From: an uncultured Bacilli bacterium
GTDB lineage: Bacteria; Bacillota_I; Bacilli_A; ML615J-28; CAG-313
Direction: 5' to 3'
Length of the DNA stretch: 64,000 nt
Assembly: GCA_934140285.1 (NCBI GenBank)
Contig: CAKPBI010000006.1
Coordinates: forward strand, 7,042 to 71,041
The notes beneath the pieces were generated by a model, which saw only the letters and a program-made list of their open reading frames with translations, was not told the DNA's origin and ran no database searches. A program made the translations under genes and the position numbers. Below, in pieces: positions 48,767 through 58,719 of this stretch (within the stretch, counting starts at the first letter, position 1; every line of letters begins with the position of its first letter).

Positions 48767-49317
48767 TGGATCTTAAGTTAATTTTAGGTATTATTTTTGC
48801 TGGTCTTTTATCAAACAACTATGCAATCCTACATTTCCTTGGAACTGGCGCAGTTATTGAAAATAATCGTACAATTAAAAGATCATTATTTATTGGCTTA
48901 GGTACTCTTTTAGTAATGGTACTCACAACATTAATTACTTGGCCAATTAATAAGTATTTACTTGCTCATGCTCAATATTTACAAACATTAGTATTTGTGT
49001 TAGTAGTTTTAGGTATTGTTGAACTTATCCATTTAGTTGCAAAAGGTAAATTAGAAGGATATTGTCAAGTTGACTTCCTAACTTTCGCAATCAATGGGGC
49101 AGTACTTGGTTTATGTATCAATGGTGCTAGCCTAGGATTTGGTGAAGCATGTCTAACTGCTGCTCAAGTAGGTGTAGGTTTAACTTTAACAATGATTATT
49201 TTTAGTACTTTACATGAACGTCTAGATGAAACAAGTGTACCAAAAGCATTCCGTGGTCTTCCAATTAGTTTATTAGTTGCAGGCCTTATGGCACTTGCTT
49301 TCCTTGCTTGTAAATGA
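48766..49317 (+). CDS. rnfA: Rnf complex subunit A
   Basis: SNNYAILHFLGTGAVIEN matches the RnfA/NqrE family N-terminus. Confidence 0.8.
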   Translation: MDLKLILGIIFAGLLSNNYAILHFLGTGAVIENNRTIKRSLFIGLGTLLVMVLTTLITWPINKYLLAHAQYLQTLVFVLVVLGIVELIHLVAKGKLEGYCQVDFLTFAINGAVLGLCINGASLGFGEACLTAAQVGVGLTLTMIIFSTLHERLDETSVPKAFRGLPISLLVAGLMALAFLACK

Positions 49318-49658
49318 GAAAACGTGATTTTCTAATTATTGCTGGAATATTAGTTTTTGCGGCTATCTTATTTTTAGTAGTCAATCTAACAAAAAAAGAT
49401 GGTGGTGGTGTTATCGTTAAAGTCGATGGCGTAGAAGTAGCTCGTTATTCCTTCTCTGATGAGGGAACCTACGAACTAAATGGAGGAACTAATATTTTGT
49501 GTATAAAAGATAACCAAGCTTGGTTATTAGACGCAAATTGTAAAGATCATATTTGTGTAAAACAAGGTAAAATTAGTAAGGAAGGAGAAACAATTACTTG
49601 CTTACCCAATAAACTAACAGTCACAGTTTATGGTGTTGATAATATTAGTGAATTGTAA
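49314..49658 (+). CDS. NusG domain II (DUF1312) family protein
   Basis: It has an N-terminal TM segment. VKVDGVEV...LLDANCKDHICVKQGKISKEGETITCLPNKLTVTVYG matches the NusG_II pattern. The start overlaps rnfA. Confidence 0.55.
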   Translation: MRKRDFLIIAGILVFAAILFLVVNLTKKDGGGVIVKVDGVEVARYSFSDEGTYELNGGTNILCIKDNQAWLLDANCKDHICVKQGKISKEGETITCLPNKLTVTVYGVDNISEL

Positions 49659-49667
49659 ATAAGTAAA

Positions 49668-50165
49668 ATGAAAGCTGTTAAAAAGATAACTTACTTAAGT
49701 ATATGTATTTCCTTAGCTCTAATTCTTTCTTATGTTGAAAGTTTGCTGCCCACCTTTCCCCTACTTGCGGGAGTAAAACTTGGACTTCCCAATATAGTAA
49801 TAATATTTCTACTATATAAGTCAGGATGGAAAGATGCAGTTATCGTCAGTATATTAAGAGTATTTCTAGTAGCACTACTTTTTGGTAATGCATATAGTCT
49901 TGCTTATAGTATTGCTGGTGCAATCTTAAGTTTAACAGCAATGATTCTTTTAAAACAATTAACCAAACTATCAACAATCACCGTAAGTGTAATTGGTGGT
50001 GTATTCCATAACATTGGTCAAATACTAGTTGCTTGTTTTGTAACAACAACAGTTGAAATAGCTTACTACTTACCAGTTTTAATAATTACGGGAACAGTAG
50101 CTGGTGTTATCATTGGTTTGATCGGTGGTAACCTTGCTAAAAAGTTTCAAAATATTGAATTATAA
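49668..50165 (+). CDS. Gx transporter family membrane protein (heptaprenyl diphosphate synthase component I-like, PF07456)
   Basis: This 165-aa polytopic protein has the LLP/GVKLGLPNI motif region. This family typically co-occurs with NusG_II and ApbE. Confidence 0.5.
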   Translation: MKAVKKITYLSICISLALILSYVESLLPTFPLLAGVKLGLPNIVIIFLLYKSGWKDAVIVSILRVFLVALLFGNAYSLAYSIAGAILSLTAMILLKQLTKLSTITVSVIGGVFHNIGQILVACFVTTTVEIAYYLPVLIITGTVAGVIIGLIGGNLAKKFQNIEL

Positions 50166-50287
50166 GGGTTATAGAGATTATCTCTATAATCCTTTTTTCT
50201 TTCAAAAACAAATAATTTTTACATATAAGTTGAAAAAAATGAAAAAATGATGTATAATAAAAAAGATTGATATTGCTGGAGATGAAT

Positions 50288-51175
50288 ATGAAAAGAAGGA
50301 ACATTTTAGTTTTAGTAAATGAAGCTAAAGATGAAAAACTTGTTGTCACAAATGAAGTAATAAGTTTTTTAGAAAAAAACAATTGTAATGTATTTCTTGA
50401 AGATGAACTAATCGCAAAAATTAATAGAGGCAGTAAAATTCAAGATAATACGGAAATTAATTTTGCTCTTGTACTAGGTGGAGATGGAACATTGCTTAAT
50501 AAGTTACACCGATATGTAGATAAAGATTATGCATACTTTGGTATTAATTTAGGAAGAGTAGGATGCTTAACCGAGGCCACAAGAACAAACTATCCGGAAA
50601 AATTAACAAGTATATTTAATGATAACTATTTTGTAGAAAATAGAAATACCCTTGAATATGTTGTTAAGAATGGTGAAAATGACATTCATAAAGGAATTGC
50701 CTTTAATGAAGTAAGCATTGAAAGAGGAAAACTTTTCAAAATGTTACTTATTAATATGTATGTTAATGGTAATAACAAAACCTCATTTTATGCGGATGGA
50801 GTCATTGTTGCTACCTCAACCGGATCAAGTGCATTTAGTCTTTCTAGTGGAGGACCTTTACTTCTACCTAATGCTAAAAATTTTGTGGTTACGCCACTTT
50901 GTCCCCAACTTAGAAATATTACATCTTTAGTAGTAAATGATACAGATATAGTTTCTATTGATATCACTGATCCTAATCAACGTCAATCTTACCATGAACA
51001 CAAACCAATAGTTGTAATTGATGGAAGAACAATGATTGAGATTGATGAAAATAGTAAACTAGTTATCCAAAAAAGTCCTAAATATTTAAAAATATTAAAG
51101 GTAAATGGTCAAGGCTCATTATTTGAACCAACATTTAAAGTAGCGATGTCAAATCAAAACTTATTCAATGAATGA
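50288..51175 (+). CDS. nadK: NAD kinase
   Basis: ALVLGGDGTLL is the GGDGT motif. The RBS GGAG lies 7 nt before the ATG at 50288. The gene ends in a TGA stop. Confidence 0.8.
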   Translation: MKRRNILVLVNEAKDEKLVVTNEVISFLEKNNCNVFLEDELIAKINRGSKIQDNTEINFALVLGGDGTLLNKLHRYVDKDYAYFGINLGRVGCLTEATRTNYPEKLTSIFNDNYFVENRNTLEYVVKNGENDIHKGIAFNEVSIERGKLFKMLLINMYVNGNNKTSFYADGVIVATSTGSSAFSLSSGGPLLLPNAKNFVVTPLCPQLRNITSLVVNDTDIVSIDITDPNQRQSYHEHKPIVVIDGRTMIEIDENSKLVIQKSPKYLKILKVNGQGSLFEPTFKVAMSNQNLFNE

Positions 51176-51199
51176 AAAAAATGAAAAGGGAGTTAAAAA

Positions 51200-52057
51200 A
51201 TGGACAAGTTTAAATTAAATCAAATTGTTTTAAAAGAAGAACTAAACCCAACTGTAACAAAAATGGAAGTTTATTCTCCTTTTATTGCTAAGAAAGCTGA
51301 ACCAGGAGAATTTATTATCTTAAGAGTTGATGAGTCTGGTGAAAGAATTCCTCTAACTGTTGCTGGTTACGACCGTGAAAAAGGAACAGTTACAATTATT
51401 TTCCAAATAGTTGGTGGAACAACTATGTTATTAAACAACCTAAATGAAGGCGATTGCATTCATGACTTTGTAGGTCCACTTGGAAAAGCAACTGAAACTG
51501 AAGGATTAAAGAAAGTTGCAGTTGTTGGTGGTGGTGTTGGTTGTGCTATCGCATTACCTGTCGCTAAAAAATTACATGACATAGGTTGTGAAGTTCACTC
51601 AGTTATTGGATTTAGAAATAAAGATTTAGTTATCTTAGAAAAAGAATTCACTGAAGCAAGTGACAAACTATGCTTAATGACAGATGATGGTAGTTATGGA
51701 ACTAAAGGTTTAGTAACTAACGCATTAGAAGAATTAATTAAAGCAGGAAATGAATATGATGAAGTAATCGCTATTGGACCACTTATCATGATGAAGTTTG
51801 TTACATTATTAACAAAGAAATATAACATCAAAACAGTTGTAAGTATGAACCCAATTATGATCGATGGTACTGGTATGTGTGGATGCTGTCGTTTAACAGT
51901 AGGTGGCAAAACTAAATTTGCCTGTGTTGATGGTCCTGATTTCGACGCATTTGAAGTCGACTTTGATGAAGCTATCTCAAGATCTAGAAGTTATACAGAT
52001 TTTGAAGCAAGAGCAAGAGAAAAATCTTGTAATTTATTGAAAAAAGAGGTTAAATAA
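51200..52057 (+). CDS. PyrK-like FAD/[2Fe-2S] oxidoreductase subunit (NfnA / sulfide dehydrogenase SudB-like)
   Basis: It has a ferredoxin-NADP reductase-type fold and a C-terminal cysteine cluster CGCCRLTVGGKTKFACVDGP. It pairs with the gltD-like gene. Confidence 0.7.
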   Translation: MDKFKLNQIVLKEELNPTVTKMEVYSPFIAKKAEPGEFIILRVDESGERIPLTVAGYDREKGTVTIIFQIVGGTTMLLNNLNEGDCIHDFVGPLGKATETEGLKKVAVVGGGVGCAIALPVAKKLHDIGCEVHSVIGFRNKDLVILEKEFTEASDKLCLMTDDGSYGTKGLVTNALEELIKAGNEYDEVIAIGPLIMMKFVTLLTKKYNIKTVVSMNPIMIDGTGMCGCCRLTVGGKTKFACVDGPDFDAFEVDFDEAISRSRSYTDFEARAREKSCNLLKKEVK

Positions 52058-52059
52058 TT

Positions 52060-53448
52060 ATGCCTAATATGTCACTTAAAAAGAACCCAATGCCATCTTT
52101 AGATGCAAACGTTAGAAATAAAAACTTTGAAGAAGTTGCTTTAGGTTATACTGAAGAAATGGCAATTGATGAAGCAGAAAGATGCTTACATTGTAAAAAT
52201 AAACCATGTGTTAATGGTTGCCCTGTTGGAATCAACATTCCTGATTTCATTGCTCAAGTTAAAGTTAAAAACTATGAAGAAGCTTATAATATCATTTACA
52301 AGAGTAGTGCACTACCTGCTGTTTGTGGTCGTGTATGTCCTCAAGAAAGCCAATGTGAAGGTAAATGTGTAAGAGGTATTAAAGGCGAACCAGTTGGAAT
52401 CGGTAGACTTGAAAGATTCGTTGCTGACTATCATAATGCTCACCAAACTGGTGAAGTAGTAAGACCTGCATCAAATGGTCATAAAGTAGCAGTAATTGGT
52501 TCAGGTCCTTCTGGATTAACATGTGCTGGTAAACTTGCCCTTGAAGGCTATGAAGTTACAATTTTTGAAGCATTACATATGGCTGGTGGAGTTCTAGTTT
52601 ATGGTATTCCTGAATTTCGTCTTCCAAAATCAATCGTTCAAAAAGAAATCGACAACTTAATCGCTTTAGGTGTTAAAGTTGAAACTAACATGGTTGTTGG
52701 TAAAGTATTATCAATTGATGAATTAATCGATGAATATAAGTTTGAAGCTATCTTCATTGGTAGCGGTGCTGGACTTCCCAAGTTTATGAATATCCCTGGT
52801 GAAAACTTAAAAGGTGTATTCAGTGCTAATGAAATCTTAACACGTGTTAACTTAATGAAAGCTTACCTTCCTGATTCAACTACTCCAGTAAAACAAAGCA
52901 AGAATGTTGCTGTTGTAGGTGGTGGTAACGTTGCAATGGATGCTGCTAGATGTGCTAAACGTTTAGGTGCTGAAAATGTTTATATCGTTTATCGTCGTGG
53001 ATTAGATGAACTTCCAGCAAGAAGAGAAGAAGTTGAACATGCTATGGAAGAAGGTATCATCTTCAAAGTATTAACTAACCCAATTGAATTAATCGGTGAT
53101 GAAACGGGAACTGTTTCACAAATGAAATGTGTTGAAATGGAACTTGGAGAAGCTGATGCATCTGGTCGTAGAAAACCAGTAGTTAAAGCTGATTCTGAAT
53201 TTGTAATGGATGTTGACTGTGTTATTATGGCACTTGGTACATCTCCTAACCCTCTAATCAAGAACACTACTAAAGGTCTTGATACTGAAAAATGGGGTGG
53301 AATCATTGCTAATGAAGATGGATTAACTTCAAGAGAAGGTATCTACGCTGGCGGTGACGCTGTAACAGGTGCTGCTACAGTAATCCTTGCTATGGGTGCT
53401 GGTAAAAAAGCTGCTGAAGCTATCGACAATTACCTAAAGAATAAATAA
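52060..53448 (+). CDS. glutamate synthase small-chain-like NADPH oxidoreductase (NfnB / SudA-like)
   Basis: Two Fe-S cysteine motifs (CLHCKNKPC, CGRVCPQESQCEGKC) and two Rossmann sites (GSGPSG, VVGGGNVAMD) are present. A terminator lies at 53461-53492. Confidence 0.8.
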   Translation: MPNMSLKKNPMPSLDANVRNKNFEEVALGYTEEMAIDEAERCLHCKNKPCVNGCPVGINIPDFIAQVKVKNYEEAYNIIYKSSALPAVCGRVCPQESQCEGKCVRGIKGEPVGIGRLERFVADYHNAHQTGEVVRPASNGHKVAVIGSGPSGLTCAGKLALEGYEVTIFEALHMAGGVLVYGIPEFRLPKSIVQKEIDNLIALGVKVETNMVVGKVLSIDELIDEYKFEAIFIGSGAGLPKFMNIPGENLKGVFSANEILTRVNLMKAYLPDSTTPVKQSKNVAVVGGGNVAMDAARCAKRLGAENVYIVYRRGLDELPARREEVEHAMEEGIIFKVLTNPIELIGDETGTVSQMKCVEMELGEADASGRRKPVVKADSEFVMDVDCVIMALGTSPNPLIKNTTKGLDTEKWGGIIANEDGLTSREGIYAGGDAVTGAATVILAMGAGKKAAEAIDNYLKNK

Positions 53449-53684
53449 GTCTAAATATCACAAGCATATCAGTTAATGATATGCTTGTTTTTACATATTG
53501 AAAAAGTTAGCTAGTACTTACTAATTGAGTTTTCTTTATTTCAGTGCCATAATATAATAATATAAGAGGTATAATAATAAAAAATAAAAACTTAAACTTT
53601 AATAGAACAAGTTCTTTTTTACTTGCTTTTTATCGTTTAAAAAGATATAATTAAAAAAACAACAACAATTGAAGGAGAGAAAAA

Positions 53685-55220
53685 ATGAAAAAACTTGAAG
53701 AAATGACATTACAAGAAAAGATTGGACAACTAATTATTGTTGGTTTTCATTCAACCTACTATGATCAACACATCTGTGAATTAGTTGAAAAATATCGTGC
53801 GGGAAACATCATTTTATTTACAAGAAATTTTACAGATGCTTCTCAACTAAAAACCTTAACTACTTCATTATATAATCATATAGTTAAGGAAAATGACATA
53901 ATTCCTTTTATTGCGATTGACCAAGAAGGAGGAATGGTAACAAGACTAGTTAAAGATGTTACCTTTGCACCATCACAAATGACATGTGGTGCCTCTAATG
54001 TTTCTTCATCTGCTTATACATCTGGTAAGATTATCGCAAGAGATATGATAAAACTTGGTTTAAACCTTGACTTTGCACCTTGTCTTGAAGTAAACAATGA
54101 ATTAAAAAACTATACAGTAAATGTCAGAAGTTATGGTGCTAGTCCTAAACTTGTAGCTACACTTGCACATCAATTTATTAAAGGTTTAGCTGAATATGGA
54201 GTACTAGCTTGTACAAAACACTTCCCAGGCGAAGGTAAATGCTTAATTGATACTCATTTAGAACTTCCAATATTAGATGTTTCTAAAGAGGAAATGCACA
54301 AAACAGGTTTAGTTCCTTTCATAGAAAATATCGATGTACCATGCATAATGACTACTCATACTTTATTTAAGGCGTATGATGAGTATCCTGCCACTCTATC
54401 ACCTAAAGTAATTAAAGGATTACTTCGTGAAGAATTAGGATATAAGGGAATGATTGTTTCCGATTGCTTAGAGATGAAAGCCATCCAAGACCATTACACA
54501 ACCCCAGGTGGTGCTGTTCTTGCTTTAAAAGCTGGATGTGATATGGTCCTTGTGTGTCACACCAAAGAATTACAAGAATCTGCCTTTGAAAAAGTCTATG
54601 AAGCCGTTCAAAACGGAATTATAACAGAAGCTGAAATAGATGAAAAAATCAAAAGAATCTTGGCTTATAAACGTCAAATCCTTCCATATTTAGAGAAATA
54701 CTTTTTAAATAATCAATTATATGAACTAGATGAAAATAGCAGTCGCCTTGCTCAAAAAATAGTTGATGAATCATTAACTAAAGTATTAGGTGATGTTCCA
54801 ACCATTGATGGAAATACGGTAGTTTTCGCTCCTACCCCTCGCGTAAGCTCAATTGTTGAAGATGAGTTTGAAAAACGTGACCTTGCGACAACCCTTAAAA
54901 CTACATTTAAAAATTTAAAAGTCATAAACTTAGAAGATGATATGGAATTACCTAATTTAAATAACTATCAAAAAATAATAGTATTTAGTTATGATGCATG
55001 TAAAAATCTAAAACAACAAAATATCATTAACCAAATACTTGATAATTATCAAAATGTCTATGTAATTTCTTTAAAAGGACCGATGGATAAAGAAGTATTA
55101 CATAATCTTAAAAACTATATGTGTTTATATGAATATACTCCTAATTCTATAAAAACAATTATTAAATTCTTTAAAAAAGAGCTTTCACCATTAGGACACT
55201 TACCTTTAGGATATAACTAA
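53685..55220 (+). CDS. glycoside hydrolase family 3 beta-N-acetylhexosaminidase (NagZ-like)
   Basis: LQEKIGQLIIVGF, KHFPGEG and the catalytic region around D-C-L-E-M are present. Confidence 0.75.
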   Translation: MKKLEEMTLQEKIGQLIIVGFHSTYYDQHICELVEKYRAGNIILFTRNFTDASQLKTLTTSLYNHIVKENDIIPFIAIDQEGGMVTRLVKDVTFAPSQMTCGASNVSSSAYTSGKIIARDMIKLGLNLDFAPCLEVNNELKNYTVNVRSYGASPKLVATLAHQFIKGLAEYGVLACTKHFPGEGKCLIDTHLELPILDVSKEEMHKTGLVPFIENIDVPCIMTTHTLFKAYDEYPATLSPKVIKGLLREELGYKGMIVSDCLEMKAIQDHYTTPGGAVLALKAGCDMVLVCHTKELQESAFEKVYEAVQNGIITEAEIDEKIKRILAYKRQILPYLEKYFLNNQLYELDENSSRLAQKIVDESLTKVLGDVPTIDGNTVVFAPTPRVSSIVEDEFEKRDLATTLKTTFKNLKVINLEDDMELPNLNNYQKIIVFSYDACKNLKQQNIINQILDNYQNVYVISLKGPMDKEVLHNLKNYMCLYEYTPNSIKTIIKFFKKELSPLGHLPLGYN

Positions 55221-55221
55221 T

Positions 55222-56319
55222 ATGATTATAGATTCTCATTTACATTTTTCCTTGCCATCTCTTGTTGAAGATGTACTAGAAGCCCTTGATTTAACAAACT
55301 GTCAGTATGGAAACTTAGTTGCACAAATAAACATGTATCAATCATCAGAAACTCTTGACTGTTTGTTTGCGAAAGCAAAATCAAATCACCGATTATATAC
55401 TTATGGTAGCTTAGATCCAACAGAATATATAAAAAGGACTAACATGGGTGAAAATCTAATAGAACATGTAAAAAAAATTATGAAATGTGGATGTGATGGC
55501 ATTAAAATGCTTGAAGGAAAGCCTGATGAAAGAAAAAGATTTCCTATCCCTGATTTTGATAGTGAAGAATTTGATAAATTATTTTCTTACTTAGAAAAAG
55601 AAAAAATCAACATCATCTGGCATGTTAATGATCCTGAAGAATTCTGGGATGAAACTAAAATACCAGAATGGGCTAAAAGAGAAGGTTGGTTTTATGATGA
55701 AAGTTATGTCAATAATCTTGATCAATATCGTCAAGTAGAAAAAGTCTTAAAAAAACATCCTAATCTTCACATTACATTTGCTCACTTTTTCTTTCTCTCA
55801 AAAAACTTAGAAAAACTTTCAAAACTATTTGATTCCTATCCTAATATATCAGTAGATATAACCCCAGGAATTGAACTATTTACCAACCTCTCTCAAAATA
55901 TTAAAGAAGCAAGAACTTTCTTTATTAAGTATGCCGACCGTATAATCTATGGAACTGACATATCTCATCTAAACACCGATACTGATCGTGAATTTAACAA
56001 AGAAGATGCCATCATAAGAGGAAATCTATGCTATAGCTTTCTAACGAAAGAAAGAGTAAACCTCAAAGGAAACGAAAAATCCCTACTTGGTAAAGAAGAC
56101 CTCGAAATCAATGGATTAAATCTCCCAAGTGAAATAGTAAAAAAAATATGTTATAGTAACTTCTATAACAAAAACGGACAACCTAAAGAAATTAACAAGG
56201 AAGAAATACTCCAAGAAATTGAAAGAGAAAGGCAAAGAATTACATTTTTATCAAAGTATTATAAATTTAAACCAGATTATACAAAATTAGATTGCTTAAA
56301 AACTTACTTTGAACAATAA
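55222..56319 (+). CDS. amidohydrolase-family (metal-dependent TIM-barrel hydrolase) protein
   Basis: The N-terminus MIIDSHLHF is the amidohydrolase_2 HxH motif. It is translationally coupled to the GH3 gene. Confidence 0.5.
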   Translation: MIIDSHLHFSLPSLVEDVLEALDLTNCQYGNLVAQINMYQSSETLDCLFAKAKSNHRLYTYGSLDPTEYIKRTNMGENLIEHVKKIMKCGCDGIKMLEGKPDERKRFPIPDFDSEEFDKLFSYLEKEKINIIWHVNDPEEFWDETKIPEWAKREGWFYDESYVNNLDQYRQVEKVLKKHPNLHITFAHFFFLSKNLEKLSKLFDSYPNISVDITPGIELFTNLSQNIKEARTFFIKYADRIIYGTDISHLNTDTDREFNKEDAIIRGNLCYSFLTKERVNLKGNEKSLLGKEDLEINGLNLPSEIVKKICYSNFYNKNGQPKEINKEEILQEIERERQRITFLSKYYKFKPDYTKLDCLKTYFEQ

Positions 56320-56345
56320 AATCATAAAAAAAATTATACCAATTA

Positions 56346-56374
56346 TTGACAGAATTTTTATACTATGGTATAAT
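56346..56374 (+). promoter_or_regulatory. consensus sigma-70 promoter TTGACA-17-TGgTATAAT starting a ~255-nt leader ahead of the paralog array
   Basis: TTGACA lies at 56346-56351 and TATAAT at 56369-56374 with an extended -10 TG. No long ORF is present until 56638. Confidence 0.55.
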
Positions 56375-56637
56375 TATGTTAAGGTTTGGGCCACCCATAA
56401 TTAATAAAAGATTAACTGGAGAAAGGCATTAATCAATTATTAATTATACAATTGAATATTAGTTAATCAAAATGATTAAATATTTGTATGCTAGGTAGAA
56501 TACGCTTTTGCCTCTGACGTAAGGGTAAAAGTCGTAGACTGCCAATAATAGGATGCAGGTTTTTAGTCATTTTTTAAATAATAGGACGCTTAAGCATATG
56601 CATATAATGAAAGAGAAAAAAGGAGAATAAAATAATT

Positions 56638-57261
56638 ATGGATAAAAAGAAAATTAATGTTAAAAAGATAATTAAAATCACTATTTTATTGATAATACTT
56701 ATAACAATTCCTACAACAATAATGTGTAGATCTAGTTGTATGTATTCAGAAAAAGGTCATTATAGAAGAATTCAAAAAAGAATAGAAGAAAGATTTATTG
56801 AAACTGGTGTACATAAAGAATATGAACTATACCCATTATATGATGAAAATGATAAATTAAAATATTTTGTAGTTGATTTTCCAACTAATTATCATATTAT
56901 AAGGATAAATAAATATGATTTAGGTTGCCTAGGCGTATCAATGTATACACTATCTATAAATAATCCATGGCAAAGATATGTCTTAGAAAATGGAGAAAAA
57001 GTATATGAAAAAGATAAAGATGGTAACGATATATTCTATAAACAAAGTCCATATAAAATAGCAGGAATAAAAGATGAAAAAAAATATTTAATTGAGGTTA
57101 GCCAAGGCTCAAGTTCAAGTTATGTTCCAGCAGTAAAAAGAGGAGACAAGTACTTAAATCTAATCTCAATGAAAGAAGAAGAAATAGTATTGAAATCAAA
57201 TGAACAAATAAATGAAACATGGACTATAAGTTGTATCTATAAGCCATATTTTGATTTATAA
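56638..57261 (+). CDS. paralog 1 of a 4-member tandem family: small N-terminally anchored secreted/lipo-protein, unknown function
   Basis: The signal or TM anchor ILLIILITIPTTIMC-RSSC is followed by the conserved core HYRRIQKRIEERFIETG...NPWQRYVLENGEK...VPAVKRGDKYLNLISMKEEEI. The first ~300 nt are identical to copy 3. Confidence 0.6.
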   Translation: MDKKKINVKKIIKITILLIILITIPTTIMCRSSCMYSEKGHYRRIQKRIEERFIETGVHKEYELYPLYDENDKLKYFVVDFPTNYHIIRINKYDLGCLGVSMYTLSINNPWQRYVLENGEKVYEKDKDGNDIFYKQSPYKIAGIKDEKKYLIEVSQGSSSSYVPAVKRGDKYLNLISMKEEEIVLKSNEQINETWTISCIYKPYFDL

Positions 57262-57290
57262 TAGTTATAAATAAAGTAAAGGAAATAATT

Positions 57291-57917
57291 ATGGAAAAAA
57301 AGAAAATTAATGTTAAAAAGATAATAAGAATAACTATTTTATTGATAATACTCATAACTATTCCTACAACAATAATGTGTAGGTCTAGTTGTATGTATTC
57401 AGAAAAAGGCCATTATAGAAGAATTCAAAAAAGAATAGAAGAAAGATTTATTACTACAGGATTGTATGAAGAATATGAACTATACCCATTATATGATGAA
57501 GAAGATAAACTAAGATATTTTGTTGTTGAATTTTCTCCTACTGACTATCGTGTAATAAGCATAAATAAATATGATTTTGGTTGCTTAGGTGCATCAATGT
57601 ACTCACTCTTTGAAACTAATCCATGGCAAAGATATGTCTTAGATAATGGAGAAAAGATATATGAAAAAGATAAAGATGGTAATGATATATTCTATAAACA
57701 AAGTCCATATAAAATAGCAGGAATAAAAAATGAAAAAAGATATTTAATTGAGGTTAAACAAGATTCTAATCTATTTTATGTTCCAGCAGTAAAAAGAGGA
57801 GATAAGTACTTAAATCTAATATCAATGAAAGAAGAAGAAATAATATTAGAATCAAAGAAAGAGATAAATGAATCATTGGATATCTACTTTTTTATCAAAC
57901 CAAGATTTGATTTATAA
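57291..57917 (+). CDS. paralog 2 of the tandem family
   Basis: It is about 85% identical to copy 1. It lies only 29 nt after copy 1, so it is probably co-transcribed. Confidence 0.6.
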   Translation: MEKKKINVKKIIRITILLIILITIPTTIMCRSSCMYSEKGHYRRIQKRIEERFITTGLYEEYELYPLYDEEDKLRYFVVEFSPTDYRVISINKYDFGCLGASMYSLFETNPWQRYVLDNGEKIYEKDKDGNDIFYKQSPYKIAGIKNEKRYLIEVKQDSNLFYVPAVKRGDKYLNLISMKEEEIILESKKEINESLDIYFFIKPRFDL

Positions 57918-58007
57918 TAAGTATAAAAAAACATATAAAACATTTTTATTTAAACGAGAAAAAACAAACAATTAATTGTTTGCATGAATAAAAAGGGAGT
58001 GTAAAAA

Positions 58008-58631
58008 ATGGAAAAAAAGAAAATTAATATTAAAAAGATAATTAAAATCACTATTTTATTGATAATACTTATAACAATTCCTACAACAATAATGTGTAGA
58101 TCTAGTTGTATGTATTCAGAAAAAGGTCATTATAGAAGAATTCAAAAAAGAATAGAAGAAAGATTTATTGAAACTGGTGTACATAAAGAATATGAACTAT
58201 ACCCATTATATGATGAAAATGATAAATTAAAATATTTTGTAGTTGATTTTCCAACTAATTATCATATTATAAGGATAAATAAATATGATTTAGGTTGCCT
58301 AGGCGTATCAATGTATACACTTTTTGAAACTGATCCATGGCAAAGATATGTCTTAGAAAATGGAGAAAAAGTATGTGAAAAAGATAAAGATGGTAATGAT
58401 ATATTCTATAATCAAAGCCCATATAAAGTAGCAGGAATAAAAGATGAAAAAAGATATTTGATGTGTGTTCAACAAGATTCTAATTTTAATTATGTTCCAG
58501 CAGTAAAAAGAGGAGATAAGTACTTAAATTTAATCTCAATGAAAGAAGAAGAAATAATATTAGAATCAAAGGAAGAGATAAATGAATCATGGGATATAAG
58601 AGATTATATTTGTTCACAATTTGATTTGTAA
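58008..58631 (+). CDS. paralog 3 of the tandem family
   Basis: The N-terminal half is identical to copy 1 and the C-terminal half resembles copy 2. An 18-bp palindrome CAAACAATTAATTGTTTG (57965-57982) lies upstream. Confidence 0.6.
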   Translation: MEKKKINIKKIIKITILLIILITIPTTIMCRSSCMYSEKGHYRRIQKRIEERFIETGVHKEYELYPLYDENDKLKYFVVDFPTNYHIIRINKYDLGCLGVSMYTLFETDPWQRYVLENGEKVCEKDKDGNDIFYNQSPYKVAGIKDEKRYLMCVQQDSNFNYVPAVKRGDKYLNLISMKEEEIILESKEEINESWDIRDYICSQFDL

Positions 58632-58719
58632 TAAGTATAAAAAACATATAAAAAACTTTTATTTAAATGATAAAAGCAAACAATTAATTGTTTGCATGAA
58701 TAAAAAAGGAGTGTAAAAA

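Noticed and set aside
56380-56637. Assignment of the long leader to a specific riboswitch class (T-box, c-di-GMP, ydaO, preQ1).
   Set aside because: None of the conserved core sequences of these classes could be matched by eye (for example the T-box AGGGUGGNACCGCG, or the GEMM GNRA/receptor pattern). It is left as an unclassified structured-leader candidate.
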